Shown: piece by piece, positions 40,993 to 53,631 of the stretch
How positions within the stretch are numbered: position 1 is the first letter of the stretch
How the letters are laid out: every line of letters begins with the position of its first letter
Origin: Epithemia pelagica
Lineage: Eukaryota > Protista > Bacillariophyta
DNA: 64,000 bases
Assembly: GCA_946965045.2 (NCBI GenBank)
Contig: OX337234.1
Span: 558,001-622,000, forward strand
Reading direction: 5' to 3'
Notes under the pieces: generated by a model
What the model was told of the DNA's origin: nothing
Database searches by the model: none
What the model saw: the letters and a program-made list of their open reading frames with translations, nothing else
Translations under genes and position numbers: made by a program

Positions 40993-43900
40993 TTAGGATC
41001 CACCACCACTGCCGCCTCGTCGCATGGATGTTGGAAGCAAGAGCGTTTTGGGAATGGTATGTTTGTGTTCATTGCGTTGCAATTGTTGCAATTGTTGCAA
41101 TTGTTGTTGCATTTGAGGAGACAAGGATGGACCCGAGGCAGGAGTGGTGGTGGTGGCGGCGGCGGGCGCTGTGGCCGAGGGAGACCGTGCCAACGGCATC
41201 ATGCCAGTCGAGGATGGTGATTTCCCGCTGGCATGGGGACTGGATCGCGGAGTCGTGCCACTCGTGGCAACCCTTCCCGCCGACGACGAGGATGCTCCTC
41301 CTGGAGGGGTGGGGAGTCTTCGAGACGCACCGGTCGAAAGGGGTGTCAAGGAACCCATGACGCGTCGCTGCGATTGCAAGGCATGGGACGGTGGCAACGG
41401 AGGAAATCGGGATGGAGGACCTGGCCATCGTCGTCGACGAGGTTGTAACAAGGGTGGTGGTTGGGGCAATCGACGACGTCGCAAGGAAGGCAAATGATCC
41501 CGACGAAGGGACGGCAAGGCACCCAACACATTGGTCGTAGGACGTCCTCCTTGTTGTGGTTGCTGCTGTTTGGACATGGGTCGCTGTGATTGTTGTTGCT
41601 GCTGTTTTTGGGACATGGGTACTTGCTGTGGAGCTGCGGATTGCCGCTGTTGTTGTTGTTGTTGTTGTTGTTGCTCCTGTTGCGAAAACACGGACGACGA
41701 CGAGGCTTGTTTGGTGCGAGTCGTGTTGGTATTACCACCAGAACGGTTGGGAGGAGAAGAATCGACACGGCGGTATTTTGTCCACTGCTGATGCAAGGTA
41801 AAGACAATGAACCATCCCACGAACCACAGCATGGCCGTTGACAAGTACCCAAATCGAGCCAAGGCCAAGGCTTGCCGTTGCCAACCACTGGAAATGTTGT
41901 CAAAGTAATAGTCGTATCCATCCTTTGTATCAGCAAGAATCGCATCTTGACGTTGTCTGGACATCATCATTACCATCCAGTGGACTTCTTGTTCTTGTCG
42001 GTGCGCCCATCGTTCCACTACAGGAAACAACCAAGTACGCCATATCCATTGAACCCAGCCCTGTCGGGAAAAGGAAGTCAAGGCAAGATACCACCACGAA
42101 TAGGATTCTTCGCCACCATTATGGAACGTCGTCCCAAACGGTTCTTCTTGTACCACAAAGGTGGTAACTCCTTCTCCTCCTTGCAGTTCCCCGTCGGTTT
42201 CCATGAGAGGTCGTAAAAAGCCACCCGACATGTTGAGGGTGAGACTGGACGAGGGTGCCGTCACGGCCGGTGCCAAGACGGTGGTGACAATGGTCGGACT
42301 GCTGTAGAGTGCGGTAGAAGAGCCGCCACTGGACGATGATGATAAGAGGATCCACAAGGCCACTTGTCGCATCATGGCGTTCATCCAGGCGCGAGCCATG
42401 CTGATACAATAAATCGCCACGGATGCCGTCACAATCATGATTCGCACGTAGGGATTGTATTGTTGTTGGGGCACTTGTCCATCATTATTATTCTTGGAGG
42501 AGTATGCCATGGCGGTGTTCGGATTTCTCATTGCTTGCTTATTGTGATTGCCATGGTTGACCGGTTGTGTGTGACTCGGCGGTGGGGAGGAGACCACGAC
42601 CAAGACGGCAAAGTAATAGACCAGGAGTGTATCGCACAAGAGAGAATGGACAATGCTGCTGAGTCCCAAGGAAAACCACACGGGCCAGGGGCGCCACAAA
42701 AAAGAGGAAGAGGACAAGGACGATGCTGACAATGTCGTTGTCGTTGTGAGCCAAAACAAGAGGATCCACAAAAGGATCAAGACAGTATTTTGGGTCGGTC
42801 GCGAATGCGTTCGCAACCATACCGTCCATTCTTCCGAAACACGCGACACATGTTGGCGGCACCATTCCTGGGGTGAGGGAGGACCGTACCACCACCTTTG
42901 GAACCGTCGGGTCCAATAGGTCCGAGACGAAAAGGTCATGGAAGGATCGTCGTCCTGGTGCGCTCCATTCTGAGACGAATGGTGTGTGGAATCTTGGTTT
43001 TGAGGCGATGATGTTTGTGAGGGAGGTTGGGATAATGAGGACATGACCGGTTGATCCATGGCGAATCGCACGACCGAATTGGACGAAATGGATCGACAAT
43101 CATCGACACTTTGATTGGCACTCATGGTACCACCACCACCGGAATTGTGGTGGTGATGCGAGTTGTGATGATGATGGTGCGGGCCCGTCGTTGTTGTCGT
43201 CGGTCCGGATGGAGGAGGAGCACTGTGATTCCACAGAGGTGGTCTCCCTCCATAGCCCGTACCGGTAGCAGCAGCTCCTACTGGTACACCAGCTCCACCA
43301 CCACCACAACTACTCCCACCAATGGTACTTACCAAGGTTCGAATGCTATTGTTCATGGCAGCATCTCCAGCGGCATCCAAGACAGACGACGAGGAGGACG
43401 ATGTGGCTCCCGTCGTCGCATGATGATTGGGGTTGGACGCAGCTGCTGCTGCCGCCACCATGAGAGGTTGTGGAACGGTGAGGGAACTGATATTTCCAGG
43501 AGATGCCAAACCGAGAGAGGATGGTGGATGTGTCGGCGATGAAATGGCATCAACTTCGTCTTCTTCTTCAGGGGGAGGATTGTGAAGATTATCGTTTCGT
43601 GCCAGCCGACTCGTACTGCGATTGGTGGGCGGGGGTGTTTGTTGTGGTTGAGCCAAAGTTGACGATTGGTTCAAGGTCGAACCGGGTACCAAGACGACGA
43701 CATTGCCACTTCCCATTTCCTCTTCCAATTGTTCCAATCGCGGTTTGGACGCCAGCCATCTCGGAGAAGAAGAAGAAGAGGGTGAAGAAGAAGAGGCTGG
43801 AGGATCCATTCTGAGCGGATCCTGTTGACGGTTCGGACTATTCGTGTTCCTGGGTTCCGACAATAAGGATTCTGGAAGAGGACGCAACGGCCGGGTGGTC

Positions 43901-44904
43901 GTTGACTCGGACACTGGTTGTTGCGTGGCCAGTTTGGGTGGTGGTAGTGGTGGTGGACGTGGAGAAGCGGACGAAGGTGGCGACAAGGAAACGGTTTCTC
44001 CACTCATGGCACTCGTCACGGGTCGACGACGAATGCCTTTTCGACTCGACGACGATGAGAACCAGAACCACCAAAAGGACATGGCTCCAGTCGCATCAAT
44101 TTGTTCTTGGACGGATGGTTCGGGTGCGGCTTCTGGTTCGTCTAGTAGTGGTTGGGATGCAAGTTGTTGTTCTGCTTGTTGTTCTGCTTGTTGTTGTTCT
44201 GCTTGTTGAGACGCCAAGAGTGGATTGTTTTCATCCACAATAGAATTCTCCGCCCCTGAAATGGTGTCGGGGATTGGATGATCATCCACCGTCTGAAGGG
44301 AGGACGATGGTGGCAATTGTCGCAGCACTCGTTGTCGTCGTTGTTTGCGCAATCGTCGTTGCAGCAGAGCATGAGGATTGTAGTACTGCAGGAGCATGCG
44401 CCAGGGACGATGACGATGACGGTGGTGCACCACTCGAGGTGGTGCTTGTCGTCGTAGCAGTGTTCGGCCCCCAAGGATACCGGGACGCTCCAAGCGAGGC
44501 CAACAAGATGGTTTCCATCGTGTCAAAATGCTCCGGGATGTATTTGTAGTGGCATTGCCCTTGGGAGGAAATCGCAACCAACTGGACCAACTTCGTGTCG
44601 TTTGCAAACTCGAGACATCGAGTCCACCACCAGTGGGGCTATTGGGGGAAGGAGGATCGTCCTGGTGGTTGTCGTGGTGGTGGTGGTGAGTATTGGTATT
44701 CCTACTCGAAGGATGAGAAGGAGGAATAAGGCGTTCGTGGTGTTCCAAAGGGCCTGCAGCGGCCAGAGACTGGAGTTGAGATGAAGAGTTCGTTTGGTTC
44801 TGATTGTTGTTGTAATGACTGGGACTAGTGCTGTGTGCCGAAACGACAAAGCCTTCCTCGGTCGTTGCTGTATTTCCCTTGAGGAATTTGAAGAGTGTAT
44901 TCAT
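40993..44904 (-). CDS. Low-complexity multi-pass membrane protein of unknown function
   Basis: Open frame of >1300 codons; likely ATG at 44904 (MNTLFKFLKG). Several hydrophobic segments at ~41780-42800 lie between P/S/Q/H-rich tracts. Confidence 0.65.
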   Translation of the reverse strand: MNTLFKFLKGNTATTEEGFVVSAHSTSPSHYNNNQNQTNSSSQLQSLAAAGPLEHHERLIPPSHPSSRNTNTHHHHHDNHQDDPPSPNSPTGGGLDVSSLQTTRSWSSWLRFPPKGNATTNTSRSILTRWKPSCWPRLERPGILGGRTLLRRQAPPRVVHHRHRHRPWRMLLQYYNPHALLQRRLRKQRRQRVLRQLPPSSSLQTVDDHPIPDTISGAENSIVDENNPLLASQQAEQQQAEQQAEQQLASQPLLDEPEAAPEPSVQEQIDATGAMSFWWFWFSSSSSRKGIRRRPVTSAMSGETVSLSPPSSASPRPPPLPPPKLATQQPVSESTTTRPLRPLPESLLSEPRNTNSPNRQQDPLRMDPPASSSSPSSSSSPRWLASKPRLEQLEEEMGSGNVVVLVPGSTLNQSSTLAQPQQTPPPTNRSTSRLARNDNLHNPPPEEEDEVDAISSPTHPPSSLGLASPGNISSLTVPQPLMVAAAAAASNPNHHATTGATSSSSSSVLDAAGDAAMNNSIRTLVSTIGGSSCGGGGAGVPVGAAATGTGYGGRPPLWNHSAPPPSGPTTTTTGPHHHHHNSHHHHNSGGGGTMSANQSVDDCRSISSNSVVRFAMDQPVMSSLSQPPSQTSSPQNQDSTHHSSQNGAHQDDDPSMTFSSRTYWTRRFQRWWYGPPSPQEWCRQHVSRVSEEWTVWLRTHSRPTQNTVLILLWILLFWLTTTTTLSASSLSSSSFLWRPWPVWFSLGLSSIVHSLLCDTLLVYYFAVLVVVSSPPPSHTQPVNHGNHNKQAMRNPNTAMAYSSKNNNDGQVPQQQYNPYVRIMIVTASVAIYCISMARAWMNAMMRQVALWILLSSSSSGGSSTALYSSPTIVTTVLAPAVTAPSSSLTLNMSGGFLRPLMETDGELQGGEGVTTFVVQEEPFGTTFHNGGEESYSWWYLALTSFSRQGWVQWIWRTWLFPVVERWAHRQEQEVHWMVMMMSRQRQDAILADTKDGYDYYFDNISSGWQRQALALARFGYLSTAMLWFVGWFIVFTLHQQWTKYRRVDSSPPNRSGGNTNTTRTKQASSSSVFSQQEQQQQQQQQQRQSAAPQQVPMSQKQQQQQSQRPMSKQQQPQQGGRPTTNVLGALPSLRRDHLPSLRRRRLPQPPPLLQPRRRRWPGPPSRFPPLPPSHALQSQRRVMGSLTPLSTGASRRLPTPPGGASSSSAGRVATSGTTPRSSPHASGKSPSSTGMMPLARSPSATAPAAATTTTPASGPSLSPQMQQQLQQLQQLQRNEHKHTIPKTLLLPTSMRRGGSGGGS

Positions 44905-45056
44905 CCTGTTTGGTTTGTGTACAAGAATCCCTAATTCTCTGCTTGGTCGAGTCAAGTTTGCTGTACCCTTTCGTTGTCCGAATGGTGCTGCCAAAGACAA
45001 ACCAGGATCGAATGTCTCTTCAATCGCCGCCGCAGTCTCGAGATTGTCCTCTGGTT

Positions 45057-45420
45057 GTACACACACACACGCAAGGCACGGTTCGATGCGTTGCAGTGGT
45101 GCTTGTTGTAGTTTCCCAAAGTATCACGCACACCAACAAAACAGTCCTTGTAGTATCTATATATAGAGAGTCTTGGCGTACACACACACACGCAAGGCAC
45201 GGTTCGATGCGTTGCAGTGGTGCTTGTTGTAGTTTCCCAAAGTATCACGCACACCAACAAAACAGTCCTTGTAGTATCTATATATAGAGAGTCTTGGCGT
45301 ACACACACACTCAAGGCACGGTTCGATGCGTTGCAGTGGTGCTTGTTGTAGTTTCCCAAAGTATCACGCACACCAACAAAACAGTCCTTGTAGTATCTAT
45401 ATATAGAGAGTCTTGGCGTA
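45057..45420. repeat. Three near-identical tandem copies of a ~121-bp unit
   Basis: Units 45057-45177, 45178-45298 and 45299-45417, each containing (CA)n and CTATATATAG. Confidence 0.95.
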
Positions 45421-47744
45421 GCTTTTGTGGTGAATCAATCAATCAATCAATCAATCGTCCTTGGTGTTCCCCCAAAGACAACCGAGTCGTCCACCCAAGA
45501 CAGTAGCCCTGTTCCATCCAGCGAAACAAGGCGCTTTTAGGAGAGAAAGGAGGAGCACTGAGAGAGATCCAGAGAGAAAGATACTCCTGTCTGCGTTGGT
45601 TTGGTCGATCAAAGAGAGAGATGGAGGAATTCTTTGTCTTTGGAGAGAAATGGGCGCCAAATTCCGAGCCACACTCCAGTCGCTGTTCCAAAGAGAGCAG
45701 ATCACGATTGGCAGATTGCGGCGGAACAGTCACACCCAAGCGCACCGAAGATTCTTCATGAAACATTGCTTAATTGCAATTAAAACATTTCATTCGCTGA
45801 GAATTGTTACACAGCCAATGACCATGCCTCTAGCGATTATCGAGCGAGAGGATATAATAGCGACTTTTGTCGATTTCTCTGTGTCCGCCATGCCGACGAG
45901 TCCAATGCCGTGACGATGACCCCTTGTCTAGATTAGAGCCTCTCATTGGATCTAATATTACCCCTATAGAGAGTTTCGGCCCTTCTCATCCTTTTTTACT
46001 GCTACTCCTATCCTTGTGAAACATATCGATCTCGCATCCTCAGGCCCATAGCAAAGGTAGATCCGTTGTAGATCCACCCCTTATATTCACCCCTTTTCAA
46101 ATTCCCCCACAATTCTGATACGCCTCCTGTCGACACGCCCACCCAAGAATCACGGATGACAACGGTTGATTGACAGTTTTTCGTACAAAGCCCTGCACTC
46201 TTCTCCGCGACTGAATGTTCCAGATCCAGCCATCCTGTACAGAATGCTTAATACTGGCTATTCGTCATTCATTCGGCTCTTCAAAGTCCTCCTATGCAAA
46301 TTGGTAGTTTAACTACGAGTAAGTTTATTGCTGAGGGCTGAGGGTGGACGACGAGAAGTTGGGGACGACGAGGGGCAGTAACGACGAGAAGGGCTATAGC
46401 GACGAGGAGTGGACTGCCCTCCGTAAATCCGCGAAAGCGGATTGGAGGGGCATTCCACGACGAGAAGCTATAGCCCGACGAGAAGTTACGCCCCGAGAAG
46501 TGCCCCAACGACGAGGAGTCACCCGGGGCAATAAACTTATGTATGCTTCCTTTGTCGCGAGGAGTCGTGCCAAACGCGCGGCGTGACACTAGGTAATCTT
46601 TCATTGTTCCTAAATGACCCCGTCACTTAAGTGATTTCATCGGATGACATCGGATGAAGTTTAACGCTTGTTCTCTAAATACAATTGTCTCTCATTTATT
46701 ACATGCCAATCAAACTCCGAGGCGTCCTTCTTGTATAAATAATACAAGACGAGTAGAGAAATCTACGTACGTGCTAGTACAAGTAGTACTTACGAGTACC
46801 CCCAACCCCCAACCCTCAACCAGAACCACTGATAACACGACACACGACACACTCCCGATTAAGCACACCCAGTTTTTTAGTCCGGTCGCTCTTCGCGACC
46901 AACATTTTCATTTTCGTGTTTTTGCGTTTTTGATGAAAATTTCTGGTCAAAATGAAAATGATCACGCCGGCCTTCTGGGTCACCCTTTTGAAATCTTGTG
47001 AGCAGACGTGCGCGCTTTGACCGTTGGTCTTCGTTCGGCGTCACTTTCACTTTCCCCTGTCTGTTGTCTGTTCAAAGTTCCAACCCACACAATTTTTCTC
47101 TTCTCCCTCTTTCTCATGGACAATGGACAATGGACATGCACCATGACCATGCATTCTCTATCATGCATACCACTGTCATTTTTGACATGAATAGACCATA
47201 GATAGAGTTTGGCTGTGCCCCCATCCCTCCTTTTTTGTGTTGTTTTTCTCCTGTAGTCCTCGGTTTAAAAGCACACCCTCATCCACAACACCTTGTCTAT
47301 GCCGTAGGCATGTCTCTTTGCAAGCAATTGTGACCTTGACCTAAAACTACACCCTACACCCCTATTTGGAATGACTCTCTTCGTGCTTTTGTTATGGAGC
47401 ATGCAGAGTCCCAAATGCTGCTCGAAACACAAGCATGCTCCGGGCAAAAAAAGAACAAGAGGAGCAAGTCGACAACACAAGCAACTGAAGACTCAAACTG
47501 AGCAACAGATGAGAAATGGATGGTTTGCACCACTAATTCTATCTCACTGAGCTTTAAAACTCTATTGAATACTAAAAGAATCCTACAATTCATTTTAGCT
47601 GCCGCCCATTGTATGGACCAAAAATGGATGTTATACGGCACAAACGCATGGCACTATGGCAAAGAAGTGAGAGAACCTATCCCAAACCATTGTCCAATTC
47701 CAATGCAGGGGTTAAACTATGTGGAACTTACCATGCTGACAAAG

Positions 47745-50700
47745 ATGAGATGCTCAGTGACGAAGCATGAGGTCGTTTTGGTGTTGTTGTTGGTTTGGTC
47801 GTTGCCTCATTTTGTTTTCTGCGTGGATTTTGTGGCCTCCAACAACATTCTTTCGAGTCTTGTTCAGCAGAACGCCTGTCAACTTCCAACTGCCATATCA
47901 CGCAAGCCTTTCCAGACGGATGTGAAATTTTTTTTTAGACAAGATGGAGTTTTTGGTGAGCGGGACAGACCATGAAAGAGTTGACAGGCAGACCACTGGT
48001 GCCAAAAAACTGGGTGTGCTTAATCGGGAGTCACAAGAAACAACACACATACTCGTAGAGCACTCATCATGAACACAATGGGAAAGTCTACCATGGTGAG
48101 TCATCCTCTGGCCTCCAGGAGGATGCATTCTTGTCCTCTGTGTCTGTTGTTGTTGGTGGTGGATTGTTGCGTGTTGCGAACCTCTGTCCATTCCTGTCCT
48201 TTTTGCCTCGTCCTTTGGCTCGTCTGCTTTTGGTTCCTCTTTTCGTTTCGGTCTTTGATTTTAGTGCACCGCGCTAGTTTTTCTGTAGGTGCTACTTTTT
48301 GTCGGTGCTACTTTTTCTTTTCCCGGGCTATTTTAAATGTATACACTAGAATAAAAAATCGTCGTACAATAAATTTTTGGGCTTATCTATTTTGGGGTGT
48401 GAGTAGGGAAAGGCACGATGAGGAGTGATAAAGGTAGCGTGTTAAGTCTCACGTCTTCGCATTCTTGGTTGCCCCTCATCTATGCCCCTCTTTCGTCGAG
48501 ACATTGTTGTAGAAGTACGAGTAGGTCACGTCACTGGCATTACTTCGGCCAGACTTGACGTGTCAAAATGTGACGAAATAGTGACTTCGTGTAATGTAAT
48601 GTAAAATGTGATGAGGTACTGTAGTCAAACTTGTGACGGAGTATAGGTATTCCCCAATAACATGTATTTCTCATGCCCACATCCCACCTGCTGCACTGTC
48701 TTCGTAAAAGACTTTATCCTCTTCGATTGTGTGGCAGACAGCAACGGTTCCAGGTGCTCAGGTCCGTATGTAGGTGTGTTGCAAGCCGTTTAGGTTTTCG
48801 CTCTTTTTCTGACTGCAGTGCTTGTCTTGTGCTTGTTTTCTTCTCTCCCTGCACTCTGCCTATTCTCATTCTCTAGTATTGCACTTGCTCCGGGATTCTC
48901 AACCCTTTCACGTTTTCAGATTTCAGATTCCAAGTCTCGACCGTTCAAACCTTGTTGGCCTATATTGCCAAACGCAATGCCCAAAATCCAAATTGTCAAT
49001 ATCCACCACCAAATGGCACCAACAACGACAAGAACCTCTTTGATCAATGGGTGGACGACTTGGAGCCTCTCTTTGCCGAATATCAAACCATCAACAACAC
49101 CATGGCCGACAAGGACTCGGACCATCCACCCTTTTGTTGGATTCCCATTCTCTTGTATGCCGATGTCCAATCCAATTTGCAAACCTTGTCGCACGACATG
49201 CTGCTAACAACAAATGATTTGGCACCGGCCTTGATAGTCGATTTGGAAGCGCATTATCCACCCTTGAATCAACCACGACCCTTGCAGGAGGTATTCGAAA
49301 AGAACCCACTGGAGAATACGACGGACAGCAGCAGCAGCAGTAGTAGTAGCAGTACCCAAACGTGGTTTCTTAGCATGGAATTGGACTCGTCCGTCTATCA
49401 TCATTCCATTTTGACGGTGCAGGATGAACCTCTGGACTATGATTTGTCGTCGTCATCGCCATGGCCCGTGTTGGATCACGTGCAATTGATTCATCATGAC
49501 TTGAATGTCTCCCTCCCACCCGTCTCGCTGGAACAAGACAATTCGGATCCCATGGGCACCACCAACACCACCAGCAATCACACCACGACCGAGACGACTC
49601 CTTCGGTCCGCGATGCCTTGTACAATACGACCCTGACCGCCTTGGCGAATTTGGCCCAACAAGCGCAAATTCACGATCCTTCCGTGGCCCGTCAGACGGC
49701 CGCCATGCCCGTGCAACGACACGGCAATTATCGACGGTGCAAGGCCGGACCGTGTGAATCGGCCAGTTTGTACCTCGATGCCCTCCAATGGTATACCCAG
49801 GCCGACGTGAGTTTTGGCAATAGTGGAGGATATCGCGGCAAGGGATGGCCGGCGGCTTTGGGCGGAACCAATTCGTCGTCGGGCATTCGCATTTCCAATT
49901 TGTGGGATTTGTTGCCCTTTCCCAATACCGTGTGTACCGGTGTCATGACGGGCGTCTCCTTGTTTCGAGCCTTTAATTATTCCATTGCCATGGCTACTTT
50001 TGAGGGACACAATACCGATTTGGGCGGACTGTTGCTCCAAGTTTCGGGCCTGCGATTGACGTACAAGACCCAACTCCATCGTGGCAGGGGACGACGAAAA
50101 GGTGGACCGGGCAATAGCACCACTCTGTCGACGGCTGCCTCGTGGCAACGGACGCGATTGATTCAAATGGAAGTCTGGAACAAGGTCACGCAACAATTTG
50201 AACCACTGCAGCGATTGCAATTGTACAAATTTGCCACGGATAGTTACATGTGTACCGGACACGAACAATTTCGAGACTTTTGGAGTCGAGCGCAATTGCA
50301 ATTTCCTGGAGAAGTACCGGGAACCTTGGATCCCTCGGCCGTCTTGCAACAAGAAATTGTCGCCGATTACTTGTGGACCAATTATGGGAGTCTCAATCAG
50401 ACCTATCAACCCACGGTCCAAGATCGCATGATCAATGATACCACGGCCACGGCATCGCAACTCTGGAACTTTGTCCAAACGCCCAATTCCTGTGATGGCT
50501 CTTTGGAATATTGGAATGCCGAAACCTTTTCCTGTGTATCCTGTCCTCCCCAACCCACCTCGGGTGTTGTCTTTCTCAAGGAAAGCTTGGAATTGGAAGG
50601 ACAAGTGGGAGGCCGCAATGTCGTGGTTGTTCGGCCAGCCGTACGGAGTGACGATGAATTTAAGGCGCCGTCAACGAGCACCACGATTTCCTCAACGGCG

Positions 50701-50812
50701 ACCATTTCACTCGTCAATACCTTGTCGCACAATGTGACGGTCATTACCAAGTCGCTTCCCTTTTGGTTAAACATTTCCGTGTCCAAACAGCCCACCAATG
50801 CGCAGCAGCAGC

Positions 50813-50847
<35 letters not shown>

Positions 50848-52560
50848 CCAGTATCATCGATTCCCGATGGGTCGTTTACGACGTCCACCTTTGCATCGAC
50901 CAATACGACGGATTCTCCTGGCAATCGAGGCAATCCACGCAACTACAATGAGGAGGATCCATCACTTTCCAACTCGACGGGAAATGTCTTGATGCCTGAT
51001 ATGGCACCGGGTCAAGAAGTCACCCTAGATGTCCAAGTGGATTGGGCCGTGTTGGAACCAGGAACGGCGACGGGGTCGGCCATTTTTGGTTTCTTGTTGG
51101 GAACGGATGAAGGTTCCAGTAGTAGTGAGAGTGCGTGTGTTCGTCCCGATGCCAAATTTGATTTGATTGTACGGGTCAATCACCCGGAAAATCTCAATCA
51201 ACTGGGAAATGTTCGCTACTTTGGATGGATTGGAGCGGCCATTATTATTCTCACGGCCCTGTGTTCCATTGCCTGGGTCGTTATGAATCGTCAAACCAGG
51301 ATTGTACGAACCTTGCAACCACTCTTTTTAGTCACCATTTCCGTGGGCGTGTTGGTCATGGGAAGTGCCTTGATTCCACTGGGATGGGACGATGAAATTG
51401 CCTCGGCGGAAGCTTGTGGAAGAGCCTGTATGGCCTTTCCGTGGCTGTTGAGTATGGGGTTTACCATTGCCATGTCGGCTCTCTTTTCCAAACTTTGGAG
51501 AATCAACAAACTCTTTCAAAGCGCCCATGATTTACGACGAATTCAAGTTCGGGAAAAGGATGTCCTGGGTCCTTTTGCAGTCTTGTTTGGGCTCAACTTT
51601 GTCGCTCTCTTGCTGTGGACCTTGTTGGATCCACTGCAATGGGAACGGAGCGAAATCGATGGCCGACCAAGCAGTCACAATCAAAGTTATGGCGCCTGTC
51701 GTAGTACGCATGGTCCGGCTTCGACGGCCATGATTGTCGTGGTGGGTGTGGTGAATGTATCGGCCTTTTGCGTGGCCTGTTATCAAGCCTTTTGTGCCCG
51801 CAATGTCAGTGACGAATTTAGTGAAAGCCGCAGTTTGGGCGTGGCCCTGTTCAGTTGGGTCCAACTCTTGCTCGTGGGTGTCCCCGTCCTCTTTTTGATT
51901 GACGAAGACAATCCTTCGGCTCGATACTTTATCACGGCCGGCTTGACCTTTGCCTTTTGCATGTCCATGTTGTTGCTCATTTACGTGCCCATTTTCATTC
52001 AAAAGAAAAAGGCCGAACGACGAGCCAAAGAACAGGCGCATCCCATCAGCTCGTATTGTCGACCCCGGATCTTGTCCCATTCCTCTTCGGAAGATTCGCA
52101 TAGCAGTGGCATGGCGTCGACGGCGCGATTGGGTTCTTCGGGAAGCCTCTCCTCCGCAAACACGGCTAGTCACATGCGCAACAGCAATCCCAACAGTCAC
52201 CACCTTCCCGGGAGCCATCGGAGTATTCAATTTTCCATCAACAATGTGGGAAGCACGAGAATATCGGGCATGGCCATGGATATGAAGCAATATGCCAACG
52301 ATTTGTTAAAGCGGTTACCCTCCTTGAATGAAGGAAGCTTATCGGACGATGACTCCCAACAAGAAGAAGAAGATGTGGATCATTCGTTGAATAATAGACG
52401 AACTTCCGAAGTCTTTTCTTCCGAAGGACAGTATTCCAAGGAATCTACCGTTACGAATCATAGCCACGCTTCGTCGTCCGAGAATCCGAACCAGCAGGAT
52501 GGTAGTGGTGATGATGATACTGTCGATGAATATCTACCTGATTCGGTGTTAAAGATATGA
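47745..52560 (+). CDS. Class C (GABA-B-like, 7tm_3) GPCR with an extracellular 5'-nucleotidase C-terminal-like domain; 5' exon(s) tentative
   Basis: Main exon 48920-52560 follows a polypyrimidine tract and CAG. Nucleotidase-C motifs DAL..YTQADVSFGNSGGYRG, LWDLLPFPN..CTGVMTG, LLQVSGLRLTY; 7TM motifs QPLFL, SALFSKLWRINKLF, DEFSES. Candidate signal-peptide exon 47745-47955 (MRCSVTKHEVVLVLLLVWSLPHFVFC, donor GTGAGC). Confidence 0.82.
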
Positions 52561-53631
52561 ACACACACTGTTGTTGGAGAGCAATCACAGATCCAAACTA
52601 GAAGAAGTGTGTCGCTGTCGACCAATAATGATTCTTCATCCGCCATTTGGTTGCAATGGCGCAATACCATGGCCACCTTTGGTCTCAATTGTCTGTTGCA
52701 TGTGGCATGGTGGGGCCAGGTGAGTGCAGGAACCTGGGCCTGGGAGTACAGGTGGGTGTTGCTCGTGGCACCCGCACTCGGCTTGCCCTTGGACAATCAT
52801 GCCTTGATTCCCTTGTTTCAGCTTTCCAAGAAATACGAACAAGACGACACCTGTCCTATGCAAACTGTGGGGTGGTCACAACGCCGACTCTTGTATCATG
52901 GAACGAGTTTGGTCGCCTTACAAGCCATGGCTGCTTGGTTGATGCCCTTGTTTTTGAAAGCTCAAGACAGGCCCTCTTGCAAACAGGACGCTTTTCCAAG
53001 TAGGTTTGGATGGACAGAGAATCAATCATATCTGGTTCCAACCCCAATAATTGGACAGGATTGGTTCAAAGCCTCTTGTGCGTCTGATGGAAAGCAGTGC
53101 ACTCGTCGACGCCAAGACGAGTGTGGCTCTTTGTGGTTTCATTGTTTCGTGCAAGGGTTGTGCAAGCGAAGGATGGGTCAAGACTGACGGCCTAATCCAG
53201 CGCTATCTCTGCGGGACTTAATGGCGTACTGACTGTCGGTTGGAAGAGTTGGAACAATGCAGAACCGTCGCCGAGACTCCTCACGAGCAATGACGTTGTC
53301 CGATAGGTGCCAGTTATGTCGCATGTCGTTCGCTCTATCGTTACGAGGTGGTCCTGAGGGTTTATTATACTGGATTTGGGAGGTTTGGGCAGCATTGGGT
53401 CAACTCAAGGACGATAAGTGCTAGGCCGGACGGCGACAGCTATTACCTAGTTTTACCTCAAGACCTTGTACTGGTACTCCTATGGGTAGGTCTTTTGTTG
53501 CTCCCGCGAAGCGTCCGTCCGTCGCTCGTTTCAAGGCATTGCCCAAAATGAACTCATCACAGCAGTAAGCAGCGTTCTTGTATGTTGAGGGGCCTAGAAG
53601 CTGCAGCAGCACAGCAACAAGAGCAAAAAAC

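Noticed and set aside
45057-45420. Tandem repeats as a CRISPR array
   Set aside because: The units are contiguous with no unique spacers, there are no cas genes, and the context is eukaryotic.
46281-46604. Short ORFs with GACGAG repeats; YSDEEWTAL resembles a CoDi gag motif
   Set aside because: Too short, with no LTR, TIR or other TE domain nearby.
48528-48561. Two TGACGT (bZIP/aureochrome-type) hexamers
   Set aside because: Short motifs are expected by chance, and the position is probably intronic.
52609-53187. 192-aa ORF after the GPCR
   Set aside because: Non-ATG start, no recognisable motif, and located in probable 3' UTR/intergenic DNA.
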